Part shown: piece after piece, positions 63,942 through 64,000 of the stretch
How positions within the stretch are numbered: the stretch's first letter is position 1
Layout: every line of letters begins with the position of its first letter
Assembly (NCBI GenBank): GCA_002633005.1
Contig: NMRA01000072.1
Location: forward strand, 795,957-859,956
Direction: 5' to 3'
From: Phoronis australis
Taxonomy: Eukaryota > Animalia > Phoronida
Length of the DNA stretch: 64,000 nt
The notes under the pieces: model-generated
Databases searched by the model: none
Told to the model about the DNA's origin: nothing
Seen by the model: the letters and a program-made list of their open reading frames with translations, nothing else
Made by a program: the position numbers and the translations under genes

Positions 63942-64000
63942 CTGGAAACAGAGAGAATGTGCAGAAAATTAGTGTTTTCAGACACATATTTACTAATCAA

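Overview
Eukaryotic genomic DNA, AT-rich and intron-containing, most likely from a lophotrochozoan/protostome invertebrate (inferred from the CTCF sequence type and the repeat content). Five protein-coding genes can be reconstructed with phase-consistent splice sites: an MFSD4/NAGLT1-like MFS transporter (+, exons 10421-10703 and 14745-15772, first exon unresolved); an RWD-RBR E3 ligase of the RNF14 family with an uninterrupted CDS (-, 21639-23351); an E2F4/5 orthologue (-, 9 coding exons, 378 aa, containing a U12 minor intron); a divergently oriented hnRNP-C/RALY-like RRM protein fused to BCL11-type zinc fingers (+, 7 coding exons, 316 aa); and the 3' part of CTCF (-, all 11 zinc fingers, 5' end outside the window). 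The rest is decayed DNA transposons (ISL2EU/Harbinger, hAT, THAP/Kolobok-like), LINE fragments, MITEs and micro/minisatellites. The most notable signals are (i) a Helentron-like interspersed element whose internal array is a ~441-bp trimer of ~147-bp monomers, each carrying a CTCF-type motif, present in three introns including one of CTCF itself; (ii) the RRM + BCL11-zinc-finger fusion; (iii) a candidate alternative last exon of CTCF; and (iv) E2F4/5-RALY-CTCF linkage echoing vertebrate paralogons. All family calls are from motif recognition by eye, without database searches.
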